Positions 1 to 13,245 of a stretch of 64,000 nucleotides of DNA are shown piece after piece; the stretch's first letter is position 1; each line of letters starts with the position of its first letter. The notes under the pieces are model-generated. The model ran no database searches. It saw only the letters and a list, made by a program, of their open reading frames with translations, and was not told where the DNA came from. The position numbers and the translations under genes were made by a program. This stretch comes from Lepidodermella squamata (taxonomy: Eukaryota > Animalia > Gastrotricha): contig JBLDXI010000026.1 of assembly GCA_047495785.1 (NCBI GenBank), positions 1,054,001-1,118,000 on the forward strand, read 5' to 3'.

Positions 1-230
1 TTTTTTATCTGGAGCCACTATAAGAATTCAATTTCTGAAGCTCAGCTATAAAATCAGGAAGTTGTCGGAATATTACAAAAATAAATATTAAGAATATTTC
101 AATATCGAGAATAATCGTAAATAAAAAATAAAATCGAAATTATTATCAGTTTTTAAATTATTTTTTGTTTTATTGGTTCTAATTTTCATTTTTCACAAAA
201 TTCTACTGATTTCTTGAAATTAAAACATAG

Positions 231-973
231 GGCCGAAGGCGCAGTAAAGCTGTTGCTCATCGTCAAAGTCTTAGCTCGAATCGAATCGAAGAAATTATAA
301 CGTCCAATTCATCTCAATCAGACCTCTCAGCCGAACTGGCCCAGAGCCTCATTCACAAATCAGCCTCCCTACCACTCGGTCATTTCACCAAATTTCGAAG
401 ATCACCTTACAGCGTTCACTTCGATCTTGAGTCTATAAGCATCAAACACGCCCGATTAGCAGCGATCGCTCAAGAGGTCGATTCAAATTCTACGATCGTC
501 ATATTTTCCGCATTTTTCACCGGATTTTTCTTAATTTTGGTGGTTGCCTATCTTCACGTTATGAGCATCGGCGATACAGGAACAAACATACTTTGCGCTG
601 CTTGGCTTTCGATTGGAGTTTTGTTGTTATCGATTCACTTAATATCTTCGATCGTTCTCGATTCAGCGGCAGATTCAGTTAAAAGTGCTATCAATTCTTC
701 ATTAATAAGGCGATTCAAGGCAGTAAAATCGAACCCCGACATGTTTAGCATCATCTCGGCTCGAATCCAATCGCAGCAAATTTGTCTAACCCTGTTAAGA
801 CTTTGCCGGCTGCGAAAGGAAGCTGTGATTACGGTAAAAATTTTCAAAAATGCCCCGCAATTATATCACCGTTTTTGTTTTTATAGATTATCGCATTTCT
901 TTTGACCTACTTTTTAGTTTTGGTCGATTACTCATCAGCAGAACGCGAACGGCATGAAGCTATGATTGTTTAA
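231..973 (+). CDS. Gustatory receptor-like (GRL/7tm_7) gene, 3' part; 5' end probably upstream of the window
   Basis: Exons 231-833 and 887-973 (53-nt GT-AG intron). The C-terminus LLTYFLVLVDY matches the GR/GRL TY-hydrophobic TM7 motif. Paralog of 3344-5966 (HKSASLP vs RKSISLP). Confidence 0.75.
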
Positions 974-2732
974 ATTACGTCATGCGCGCGGGAAAAATTG
1001 CCATATCCATACCCGGCCGTAAATACCGGCCAATAATTTGAAAAATACCGCTTTCAAAATTCCTTAGAGGTCAAATGAGCGATTATCCACTGGGGTCGTC
1101 GTTTTGCCAGGACATCTTTTCGACGGGTCAAGTTCACAGCATGAAGCCAAGTCCACACACAAAACTGAATGCATCGTGAAAATTATTGGCGACCATTTTT
1201 TACAGTGGCTCATATCAATATTCATATAGCTAATAATGAGATAAGCACGGCTTTATACCATTAGTTAACGGCCTTGGCACTTCACGAATAAGCTCAAAAT
1301 TTGCGAATGGGATCGTCAGGCTCTCTAATGATTAAATAAACAATACAAATTGAAAATGTGTGAGTGGCACAGAATCGAACCCAGCAAATCATGTTTTCAC
1401 GCGAAAACCAGTAAAACCTGCAGTGCAAAAAGTAAAAATTAAACAAGGGAACAGATTGCGGCTTTCGAAAGAGCGCGGTCGATTACCCCTCCGCTGTAGC
1501 ATTGGTGGGTGGCATTTTATACAGGTAATTTCGATATTCCGAGATAATATCTCAAAGTTGGAAAAATACGTTTTATCTTCGTTTATCTCGAAAAGTCGTT
1601 TTGTTGACGTAGCACTTTTTTCTGCGCGCATGACGAAATACCATCGATTAAAACTCAGTCATAATTCGGCTAAACTATCATCGATATTTGTGTACCACGG
1701 AAATGAAAATATTAATAAAATGAAAAAAAAACAGATTTTTGACCCCGTTTCACCTCGAGCGTCCCATATCACTCACATTTTCATATCAGAATTCGCACAA
1801 TTTATGATTTTTCTCGAGAAATCGCTCATCTTTCATCGGTCGACTACAACATAGGTAACAGGTTTGCGGAGAGTTTTTTGGGGTTCCATAGGAAATATAT
1901 GCGTTATAAGAAAACTATAATGTGGATAATGTTACCATTTGCTGTCCATTAATCACCATTATCGCTTCTGATTTGCGAAAAATTGCTCAATGATCGTCGT
2001 AAAAAATTGGCGTATTCTCCCAATGATTTTAATCATTATCTTTGATTGTTTATACTCTCATGCGATGTGTTATGTATAAATTTGTTTTACCAGTACGCGG
2101 TATTCGCTGCCCAGGTACACGTGAAAAAGCGCGTGAGAAGACTCGGCATCCGAGTAAATGTTAGCTATTTGATCGATGGCAGTCAGTTTTATAGCATTTC
2201 GCAATATGTAAATGCCGTGCCGAGCTGTAAAAGCCGGTCGGATATCGTATCAAGACCATCATAGCTGCGATCGCTTCAAACTTGTTGGCTTCGATAGTTA
2301 TATCCATAGAAACGGGTTTAAAAACTTGAAAGCTCTTCAAATTTCCAATAAAAACTCGAGTTGGTCGATAAATAAATTTTATGAGAAAATGTCGGCCTGA
2401 TTTTTCAACCCAAAGATAAATTCTCTGTATTTTTTCCATGATTTTTTCATTTATAGGATAGATGTATATTAGGACTAAAAATTAATACAAATTTGGAAAT
2501 AATTCAAAGTTTTTAAATATTTTTTTAATTATTCGAAAAATTTGAAATTTACTTGGAACAAAAATTATTCGAAGTTGAATTTGAATGAGTCCGCATTTTT
2601 TTATAATCGTACTTCAACGGCTTTCCTATTATGTAAAATATGAAATATTCTAATTTTGGGAAAATCTTTCATTTTCATTTCAATTTCAATTAATTCAATA
2701 CCTAACCATTTTATTCGTTTTTTAACTGGTTG

Positions 2733-2788
2733 GGGTTAGGGTTAGGGTTAGGGTTATGTTAGGGTTAGGTTAGGGTTAGGTTAGGGTT
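2733..2788 (+). repeat. Interstitial telomere-like repeat (mixed TTAGGG/TTAGG)
   Basis: gggttagggttagggttagggttatgttagggttaggttagggttaggttagggtt read directly. Confidence 0.85.
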
Positions 2789-2919
2789 GAAGACTGGGTC
2801 TTCGAATTGGGGATTTGGAACTGTTTGGAATAATTTGGTACGGAATTCAATAATTTGGTAATGATTTCACTATATCCCTCTACTTTTCAGAATTAGTAGG
2901 AATATCTCTACGAGAAGAC

Positions 2920-3210
2920 AACATGGCCTTCAAAAATTTGCTGGCAAATCCAGGAGTCTTCCCATATTTTCATATAAAGTTCGATCTAAGGTTCGGGACC
3001 TTCTAGGTTTCCTGAGCTTTCCAACCCCAATTTCATGTTTTTGCCCTCAAGTTTGATTAGTCCAAAATCTCTCGGCCTTAAGATATGATTCCTACTCAGT
3101 TTGAAAAGCAGAATGTTGTAACCAAAAAATTTCGAATTTTACGAAAATCGGAAAGCCGTTCAAGTATGAATATAAAACAACGCGTCCTTAATCAAGTAAT
3201 ATCCACTCCG
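2920..3210. mobile_element. Partial copy of the palindromic MITE family best seen at 47273-47748
   Basis: Shares gatctaaggttc..gacct..taggtttcctgagctttccaaccc..atttcatgttttt and the atatccactcc terminus. Confidence 0.7.
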
Positions 3211-3343
3211 TATTTTAAATCGCCTGAAGTAAGATAAAAAAGACATCTGTCCAATAAATAAACAATTCATGCGTAAAATTAGCTGTACAAGTATCAATAT
3301 TTTATTAGGTTCATTATAATTTATTAGCCATACATATATAAAA

Positions 3344-5966
3344 ATGGCCGGCTCTTTTGCCCCTCTCACATTTTCCCTCAAGCTATGCGGGCTTTACCCT
3401 AACACTTTGGCTTCAACATCAGCCAAGACGGTGGATTCGATCGATGTAGAGCGAGCCCATGTTCATCGCCTCAAGACAGACCCGTATTTTCCGGCTCAAT
3501 CAAAGCCATTTATTCCCCCAAGTACAAAATCATTGCTGGGAATCCTCTACGCAACAAGTCTGCTGATTCTGTCATGGTTCAACGCCCTTCGATATTTCAC
3601 AATTTTCACTGCCCTTCGATCGACAAAGCCTGATTATCGGTTCACCGATGTCGTCTACTGCCTGGTTATCTGCTTCTTCTACACCCAAGCTGCCGTAGTT
3701 AGGACGGTCCTATTTTCCGGCTGTTTGACAGGCAAGTGGCAAAAGATTGTCGCAGCCATCAGCCGGATAAATGATCGGCACAATGCGGAAAAAACTACGA
3801 GAAAAATTCGCGTTATAACGGCTATTTGCTGGCTGCTTTATGTGAATAATACGACGGTGTTACTGCTTGGGGTTTATTTCATGAAGGAAACATTCGGTTA
3901 CATGGCCACTCCGCTTCACATGCCGAGCGCGAATTTCGACGATCTTTGGCTCCTAGCTGCATTCATGGTCTACTTTCTCTGTAAGTTTGAATAAGGGTTT
4001 AATAATTTTTGACAAAACCATTTTTTCGAGATTTAATAAAATTAAAAAATTAACTCAGAAATACTCAAGATAAAAGTGTGTCGAGCGATCCCCCATTCAT
4101 CTCTAAATTTGGGTGGTTTTACGAATTTTACCTGATTTTTGGTGATCAACAATATTTTTGAATGAATTTGACAATTAGCGAGTAATTTGGAATTTTGAAC
4201 GCTCATTTGCTTGTTCAGACGGGATGGTATTTTGAGTTTTCAGTTTTAATCGACGTTTGGGTCGAATTTTGAAAAAAATCGTGAACAGATGGCGCACAAA
4301 AATTGAGAAAAAAACTTCTTTGCGTAGCGCATCGCGCCCTAAATTCGGCCACCTTTTGGGTTTCCCTACTTTGCCAGTCAGGTGAATTGGCAAATACCGA
4401 ATTACAGAGGAGCTCTTGGGCTATCGAATGGCGGTTGCTCAATTCCGGGCCCATCGTAGTTTCGTCCGGCCCGCGCTCGTCGGTTGCGCAATTGCGCAAT
4501 TTTCATCAAATTCAGAGCCGCGCGCGCTAATGTCAAAAGCCTAGTTTAGATTTTTTAGGCGGTTTTTATACCAAAAAATAATTCAGTCAATTCTCTATCG
4601 ATTGAATATGGGGTTCTCGCGCGAAAAAATTAAAATAAAAAAGTTTTACGCGCACCTTAGATTTTGAGCTCAATTTTATGAGCGCGCGCACTCGCTTCTC
4701 AAAATTAAAGGCGCGCGGAAACCTTCTTTGTTTAATTTTTCGCGCAAGAAACCAATATTCAATCGATAGAGAATTGTCTGAATTATTTTTCGGTATAGAA
4801 ACCGCCGAGATATTCAAAATTAGCCCTTTGACATCAGCGCGCGCGGCTCTGAATTTGATGAAAATTTCGACTTGGCGTTTTGCGCCAAGTCCACTTTTAC
4901 CCTCCAATTGCGAAACCGACGAGCGCGGGCCGGACGAAACTACGATGGGCCCGGAATTGAGCATGGCGGTTTCCGCAAGTCCGGACGATTTTACCTTGAT
5001 TTATAGCTAATTTTGTTGTCAAATTTTGTTCAAATTTTGTTTTGAATTTTCTTTATTTTCCGTCAGCCCTAATTTCCGACGCCGCCTCAGTTTTTGGTCA
5101 TCTTTTCCTGATTTCTCTCACCGTTGTTCACGCGGGTAATTTTCGCCGATTAGTCGCGAATGACCACGGAACAGACAAATTCGATCAAGTCGTGAAATCA
5201 CTCGAAGATGAGGAAGACGAAGCCCACAAACCACTTCAAGGAAATCGAATCAAATTGCATGATGATACCGATGAAAATAACTCACTTCTGAATGGAAAGC
5301 CGCCGTCTCATCGCATTCGAAAATCAATTTCCCTACCTGAAAACGGCGTCGCTGATTTGAAAGCCCGGATCGACATTCCAGATGACATTCAAGCGCCGCC
5401 TTTCAACGCTGAAAAGTTCCGATCTAGCCACCTTAAACTAGTCGTAATAGCTCGCGAGTTGGATAAAGCCGCGATGTTGGCTGTTTTCGCGGCAACTTCC
5501 TGCGGGTTCCTCTGCGTTCTCATCATCGCCTATCAGGTCACCCTTGGACAAGGCGACATGGCGTCCAAGATCATCTGGGTTGTTTGGGTGGTATTCGGCT
5601 TCTACCTCCTGCTAGCCCATTTAGTCACATCGGCAATTCTTGGCGCAGCTTCGGAGAGTGTTGAAACTGAACTGTATCACCTGCTGCCGAAACAAGTGCC
5701 GTGTTTCAAGCCGAGTGCCATGCAGTTGACGGTGTTGCTGAGCCAGGTTTCGACGCAGAAAGTTCATCTCACCCTGCTTGGCCTCATGAACCTGAGCCGG
5801 GAATGCATAATTGCGGTGAGATGATTTTTCATTAAATTTTGTGATTTTAATTCAGTATTTTTATCATCAGCTCTTTGCCGCGCTGTTGACTTATTTCCTA
5901 ATTCTTGTCGATTATACAGCGGGGGAGAATCAGCGAAATGCTACAATGACGACTGCGAAGTATTAG
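3344..5966 (+). CDS. Gustatory receptor-like (GRL/7tm_7) gene, complete
   Basis: Exons 3344-3980, 5067-5815 and 5871-5966 join in frame (phases 1 and 0). Multiple TM segments, a long hydrophilic loop and the C-terminal LLTYFLILVDY motif. Confidence 0.8.
4437..4962. mobile_element. Foldback/Mutator-like MITE in GRL intron 1
   Basis: Near-palindromic over its whole length (GCTCAATTCCGGGCCC...GGGCCCGGAATTGAGC), with an exact 9-bp TSD ATGGCGGTT at 4428-4436 and 4963-4971. Confidence 0.9.
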
Positions 5967-6037
5967 CCTATTTTTGATGGTGAACATATTGTCTAGCGTG
6001 ATGTATTTCTGTTGAAAAATAAACACAATTTATGATG

Positions 6038-6446
6038 CCGTACTGCCCGAAATATTGGGCCTGTCCATTATTTTTTTCAAAACAAGTCGAAACCCCGTCT
6101 TATATTTGAGACCGCCCTTTATTTGAGGCCTGACCTTTATTATTTCGAACCCTTCTCAACTCATCACATGTCGCTATACAACGCTTGCAGTCCCTATGAA
6201 TTGACCTCTGCTCGGTTTTTTCCCCAAGGAGAAGGCGATCATGATGCGATGGATGGATGGAATCCGAATTCCATTAAACTATTTCGAAATTTATTGGAAA
6301 TTTACCAAAATATATCATAAAATGATGATACCCGCGTGGGCGGCCTGACCATTATTTGAGGCCTGACCTTTATTATTTCGAATGACCCTTGGATCCCGTC
6401 TTATATAATTCAGCTAGAAAAAATCCGCCGGCTTATTTCCGGCAGC
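6038..6446. mobile_element. Degenerate MITE with internal direct repeats
   Basis: Imperfect inverted ends (ctgcccgaaata / tatttccggcag) and a duplicated atttgaggcctgacctttattatttcgaa. Confidence 0.4.
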
Positions 6447-7069
6447 CTCCAACTACAGAGAATTCAATCGACCTTGACAGTTTTTAAACTTTAATATTTT
6501 AGTGAGAATAGCACTGAACTGCGTTGAGAGCACCAGTTCGCTATCGGGGGTTCAAATCCCTCAACATGCAATTTATTGTTTAATTTTTTAAATATGCTCA
6601 CAAATTTTATCTCGCTTTGATGTGAACTTTGACCCCAATCTGAATATTCACACTGAGCTGTCCGAAATTAGCCGGGTCAGTTACCCGTGAATACCTGTGC
6701 AGGGGAAGGTATATTTTTACCATGATTAACTCTAGGATATGCAGTTTTTCAAGGCGCATCTTTTGGCGCAAAGCGCGTCGCAAAATTCGTTCACCTCTCA
6801 AAATGAAGTCCGAAAAACAGGTTTTTGTCCGAAATAAGACCTCGTTACAGCAGTGTCTTTTATTGCCAAATAATTGAAAAACAAAATCATGATGAATTAG
6901 AATGCGAGCGAAGCGGGGCAATTTTTTCCCGTTATGCCTATGAAATCACGAAAATGAAAATTATTTCAGCTGCTATTTTGTTTTAAAGGGTTTGTTGTTG
7001 TATTGTATGTTGCCATTTGACATTTCAAATTGACAATGACAATGATCGAATTTTAACCTCATTTTCACC

Positions 7070-8425
7070 GATTTATTCCCGCGCCCCCGAAAAATTTTCC
7101 CCGAAAACGGATTAGCTGAAATATTTTCCCCGAAAAGAGTTGACCCGAAACAGTTTCCCCGAAAACAGTGAGGGCGACTGAGTTGTGTTGAAACAGCGGT
7201 TGAGTATAGCTTTTTCCGGAAACAGCGATGACACACGGCTTGTCCTTACAGACTATCGGTTGAAATCTTAGATGTTAACAGAAGGCGCGACGCACTTTAA
7301 CTCGCCACTTACTACTACATCGCTATTTGATATCAGTTAATAATTTGATACTAAGTTTTTGACTAACATGAAGACGACAAGGTCGAAAAAGCAGTCTCCT
7401 TTGGTAAGCCTTATACAACCCAAAGCTACAACCCAAAGGGCGCAAGCCTGCGAAGGCTAAGAAACATGTGGCTGCTACTCAACCTATTACGCCGCATTCG
7501 CCCGGTAATTGTAGCTGTTTAACGCATTTATATTAGCTTATTATTATATAACAGCGCCCGCAAAGAAATCAACGATGGTTAAACCAGCTAAGAAGTGCGA
7601 ACTTGATGTTGAAGAAGGCATCTTCAATGATGTCGCCGATAATCGGCGCGCAAGGTGGTCTTGAACTGTCTCACGCTTCGTTTGTAGATTAATATGTAAT
7701 AAAGATGAGGCTGTACGCAGCTTATTGAAAACCGATGTTTCGAACCACTTGAGCGGTCGGCGCGCAGCTTAAACAAGCTGATCGATAGCATCGGCCTTTA
7801 CTTACCCAAAATTAGCAAGGGAACACTTGAATAACTTTGATCATGATTTTTTAGCGTTAATAAAGATTTCTGTTGAAGCGATTTCAATTTATGATGCCAA
7901 TAAGAATAATACAAGAAAAATAGTATGTGATTGGTTTTCAATTTTCAAGTGTAGGTAGTAGGTAGGTCGTTCAAACATTCAAGATTAGGGTAAAAAATTA
8001 AAGCAATTACTCCAAATGTGTTAAAAATCAAGGTGAGCTCGGAAAATTCCAGGTAAAATCCTGGGGCTTCATATTTTTATCAAACGGCTACCTGTATTTT
8101 TTATTGCTTTATGAGCTCACCTTGAATTTCTAGAAATTCCGCAAAACAGGCCTGAACTTGACGCATGTTATGCGGGTGACCTTTGGACCCATAATTTGAG
8201 CTAATAACAGGGTAAATGACATTTAACGAAAATTAATGTCAACACAGGCCAAGTGTAACCTGTTTGTTCATTTTGCACAAAGAAGTGAGTTTTTGGCTTG
8301 CTCAGGCGCGTTTTGGGGAAACTTGTTTTTCGGGGAAACGTGTTTCGGTCACACAGCAATTTCGGGGAAATTATTTCGGCTAATCCGTTTTCGGGGAAAA
8401 CTTTTCGGGGAGATGGGAACGCACC
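7070..8425. mobile_element. Non-autonomous TIR element with TTCCCCGAAA subterminal repeats and gene-like cargo
   Basis: 7076-7170 is the reverse complement of ~8310-8420; TTTTCACC is duplicated on both flanks. Confidence 0.7.
7368..7772 (+). pseudogene. Lys-rich spliced gene fragment inside the TIR element
   Basis: Reads MKTTRSKKQSPLVSLIQPK/GRKPAKAKKH...APAKKSTMVKPAKK with GT-AG introns; the frame is broken by a 13-nt tandem duplication. Confidence 0.4.
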
Positions 8426-8674
8426 TTTTCACCGGAATTAGTAACGCGGGAAGGAAATCCTGCAAAAAATCAGCACGAGCGTGGCGCGTAAAAAAGAAAT
8501 GGCACGCGTGTTTCCCTATAAATATCCCGTCAGAGGCAAGAGCCATCGCATGCTAAAATTACTATAAATTATTACCGCAGTTTTATCAAGTAATTCATTT
8601 TAAAATTTACCAATGCCATTTCAGTCTTGAAAGCTTTCAACTTGAATTTTTCGCAAATTTCGCCTAAATCAGCG

Positions 8675-11600
8675 ATGAAAGTACCGTTCACGATATTTGT
8701 CACGTTGTTTACGGTCGTTGATGTGGTGCGATGTAGCGAATGGGCTCGTTGCTTCTCGCAATTTGATGACAGATTTATTGATTGCCGCGAATTGCCTGAT
8801 GGCTGTCAGCGGTTACGCGAATATCAGGTGAGTCAATAAACTCATTTTAAATAGCATTATATTATCCTCCTGAATTGTTTCTCAGCTTGGAACATACTGG
8901 CCTGGCCAAACTGCCTGCTTGAAAGCGGTGGGTTTTATTAGGAGTTTTTTCAATTAATTTTAATTTTTAGAATGTTTTTCACAGACTGCTAGGCTGTGCT
9001 ACAGATTCGATAGTTATGCAGCGACTTGCCGACCGGGTAGCCCTGGCTGTGAAGATACTACAGAAATCATGGTTAGTGGGCATATCGGATTTTATTCCGA
9101 TTTAATAATCCGTCTGAAATTTGAATATCGGATTTTATTTAGTAGATATTTCAGGATTTACTGTGCTTATTCATCCAAAACTGCAAATGAGAAAATGGTA
9201 AAATTAGGACACTTCAAATAAGATTCAAACCCGGCATAATTCAGAAAAAGTTACCATCGGGTATTTCCGCGTTTTTTCATGTAAATTTAAAATTTCTTTG
9301 GCGAACCGAGCAATATGGAGATAAATTATTTTTTATTGGAATTCGTTTAATTTAATTTAATTATATATGAGCAATTTTATGTCTTCTTTTGTTTAGGTTT
9401 CCATTAGATTAAAATAATTCGGAATCCTTTTTACGCTTCAGATTGGCAACTCCTACAACGGTGTTTTCCCGTTTCGGACGAATTTGGCGAGTTGCAATAC
9501 TGAGCGAAATTCATTCCTGGTAAAATTGAAAATTGACTCACATATATTTTTACTTCAGGTTGAATACCATTCTTCGTATAACAGGCTCGCAAATTCGATG
9601 CCTGCTTTGATGCCACCAACAAATTTGTCACGTGCACTCCAAGCGAAGCATCGTGTCCAAGTAATTCGGTGAGAATTTAATGGTATTTATAATGTTGAAT
9701 ATTAATTTGCTGTTATTCCAGCTGAAACCCGCATCGGCATTTTCGTTTCCCAGCTTGGATGCATGCCTCGGAAATATTAGCAGTGAGCCAATGATTGATA
9801 GTTCGTTAACAAATATTTATCCTATTTTTCTCCAGCTGACCATGGTATCAATTATCATCTTGACTTCTTTTATTTCAGGCTTTTATGCCGACGCTGTCAA
9901 GCCACAAATCCGTTGCTTCAATGCCGCTACCCGGGAATTCAACGATTGCCGACCGAGCAGCTCTCGCTGTTTCGCCAATGAAACCGAGGAATACTCCACA
10001 GGGGTCTATCGAAATAGGGCCAACTGCTTATCTTGGGTAATTCAATGTTTTTCTCTCCAGCGGCGAGTTATGGGGTAAATTTGGACACCTCATTAGCATA
10101 TTCTTAATTGTCGGGATGCGTGCTGAACTTGAAACTTTTATGTCATCCAAACTCGATTCAAATTTTTTTCCTGCTATTTTTAGCTCAACGCATTTATTAT
10201 GTCTGAAATTGCCTCACGTGAGGCCCAAACTTTGAGGTCACCTGTACCGCGAATTCCCGTCGACAAAGGTCAAATTTTGTTTTGCCAGTCGAGAGCTCAT
10301 GGTGTCAGTTGCTCCTTGTAAAAATTTCAAGTTCAAGTCGAGATATATTCAGATTGACTGGGAATTAGAGAATTAGAGGGTCCCAAATTGACGTTTAGAG
10401 ACATCCTACCTTTTCAATTTTTGTTGAAGACGGGTAATTTTCATAATACCTCGTATTTGGTACCCTTGGAAAGCCCAAATCTCAAGGAATCTCGGGGGTT
10501 TTTTTCGATATTTTTATTAACCTTCCTGATCGAGCACAATTCAGCTGATAAGGCGTAGTGTCCAAAATTAACCAGCTTTACGGTAACCATATAATTCTCG
10601 TTTTTCAGCATGCAGTTATGTGCCAGATTCAGAATAGCAAAGGATGTTACAACATCTGCCCAGTAGGCTCAGCAATGGTTAGCAACAATAGCAAGAAATA
10701 TGGAAAAATTCTTATTTTTTCAATTGCTTCCAATATAGGTGAAGATGTATTCGAACTCGACGAAATTCGCCGAAAATTACGAAAGCTGCCTCGCTGATAC
10801 GAGTCCTTATTTTCTATCAAACCTGAGAGAAGGCGATTTCTTTGAGCAGTTGCAGCAGTGCAAAACTGAGGGCGGGCGGCTGGCGACATTTTCCTCGCTA
10901 GCTGATCTAACTTTGGCTTGGATCGGAATAAAAAATAAAATCAAAGGCCTCTCTCCATATATATTGGTTTATTCGCTGATTTCACATGGGAGGATGGAAG
11001 TTTCTATGACGTTAATTCAGTGGTGGGAACCGCAACCTTGCCCATAATCCTGATGGAAGCCAAAGGCGAATGTGAGTTATGGATACTTTTTTGCTTGGTA
11101 TAAGTATTCACGATAGGTTTGAGCGTATGCATGATTATGATTATGATTATGATTATGATTATGATTATGATTATGATGCTCTATTATGATTTTGGGCACC
11201 AGGTCAACAAAATACAGGGGAATGTGACAAACAAGGTACAACTTTGTAAAAAATTCCAGAAAATCAATTAAGGTGAATCTTTTGAAAATTTTTACACCGT
11301 TGGAATTTCCTTGTCCTGGGCATAATTTTCGTATTTTTTCCACTGCCTGATTCAGGCAATTTACCTGAGAAAAAGTCAGGTCTGCTGGGGGACAAGAAGA
11401 CAAAAAAAAACAAATTGTAAAAATCGCAGGTTTTTCACTGAATTTTTCAGAGTTTTCAGGGTCATTTGACCTTGACATCTATTAATTTTTTTATTTTAAA
11501 ATTTGTTTTAAAATTACCTGCATATCACAGTTCACCGTCTACCTGTTGGCATGCAGAAATTAATTAATTTTTGCCGCAATTAAACGCTAATGAATTTGAT

Positions 11601-12409
11601 GAGTTTTCAGTCACGTGACCGGTTTTAACGTCAAATAATATCAACTTTACCTAATTTCGTACCCATTACCTGAGCGTTTCGTCACACCTGGATTTTTTCT
11701 ATGGCATATAAAATTAGTAGAATTAAAATTAAATTCATTAAATTAAATTCAGCAGTGTGTTTTATTTCGAAATAGTAATATAAATTAACGCCGGCCACGG
11801 GTGGGCTCAGGGCGCATCCAAGAGAGAAAATTAGGATAAAGTCATCACTTGTTTTAGTCCCATGTTACTGTACATTCGCTTATAGGTATGAGTCTGTATC
11901 TTGGCCGGTATCAATATAGAAATTGTGGGGATGCGATCAATGGTCTTTGCGCCAATAATCAGGTAATCAGCATTGTTTCGAAAACATAATTCAATCGAAA
12001 CATATTTGTTCATAGTCAAGTGGCATACAAATGTCCACAGCTCTAGGTAACAGAACGACGCAGGCTAAAGCGTGCCGGAGTCTCGGAAAGACGCTGATTA
12101 AAATCGTTACTAAAGCAACATACGACGCGGCCACTTCGACTCTTGCACGTAATCCTGGGTATATCGGCGCAATGCGTCGAGATTTGGCCGCCTATCGCTG
12201 GGTATCAGGCGTGCCATTCAACAACTCGCAGTTTGATTTTCAAACAGCACCTAACAATACCATGCACTGTAAGGCGTAGACACTCGGCTTAACCTCGGAT
12301 CATTTCCTAATACTTTTCGCGTTTTTCAGGTGTCTATTTACGTGATGCCAAGATTATCCGCAGCGATTGTGGGAACTCTCGTAACGCCATTTGCGAGAAG
12401 GTTAAATAA
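8675..12409 (+). pseudogene. Cys-repeat + two C-type lectin-like domain secreted protein, copy A (disrupted)
   Basis: Exons are colinear with copies B and C. Indels in the first CTL exon (ccatatatattggt) lead to TAA at 11045-11047. Confidence 0.7.
11131..11177 (+). repeat. (ATGATT)n microsatellite in an intron
   Basis: About 8 hexamer units; explains the HNHN run in ORF 11077-11478. Confidence 0.95.
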
Positions 12410-13245
12410 CGATACATGAATCGCCGCGGTTTCACGCTGTCAATAACAATGATAACTTTTATCTTCAGTCGATTCTGTTGAAATGCTTCAGAAAACAAAC
12501 TTTGACTCTAATCACATGAACTATTCAAAGCTTTCTTAACAAAACTGTGGTAAATACATATTTTTCTTGATCAACGTTAAATCGGATGTTTTATTTTCTA
12601 CCTGCCCTGTTGAAGCCTAGGCACTATCAGGTGACAGGCCTGTTAGGCTTATTGGTCACAATAAAATGACTAATGCCAGGTTGAAACTCGTCTTAAAAAC
12701 CGCCAAAGCCTATCATTTTGAACTTGAAGGAAAAACAGCCACCTATTATGCACCTGGTTTCTAATCGAAGCAACAGGTCAGACATATTTTGTTAATAAAT
12801 GGCGAATTTTGATCGCATCGATCTGTAATAAAATGTCCCATCATTTTCATTTTATTAGCGATATGCTCACATTGGATGGCTAGTTTGATGGCTATTGCGT
12901 TCTGGGTTTGCGTCCGAATTAAAAAACCCGAATCAGCCAAACAGCGGTGAGCTCGAAGTCGAATCGAAAAAGCCGCGTAAAGTTTGGCCTAAAATGCACC
13001 TCGAAACAGGAAGCAGGAGCGAAGCGATGACATTTGCGGTTGAAACCATGTGACGTAGATGTTGGCGGACGCAGCACCACCCCGATTTTTCGCCTGAAAA
13101 CATCGCGAAAGCCACATTGTCTCGTTTGATTTATCATTTATTTGATGCAGAGATCGGGCTGAATTTCTGTTAGGTGGCTCATTTTTGGCCATTTTGTACT
13201 CCTGGGGTATTTTTTTTAATTTTCGCAGTGATGAACAAATCAGCG

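Noticed and set aside
1360-2439. Short ORFs between the GRL genes
   Set aside because: No motifs or splice-consistent structure; probably decayed repeats.
4175-5010. Overlapping ORFs with mirrored peptides
   Set aside because: Artefact of the palindromic MITE.
6500-6570. Possible tRNA or SINE head (GGTTCAAATCC B-box)
   Set aside because: No convincing cloverleaf or A-box.
11077-11478. ORF with an HNHNHN run
   Set aside because: Antisense reading of an intronic (ATGATT)n tract.
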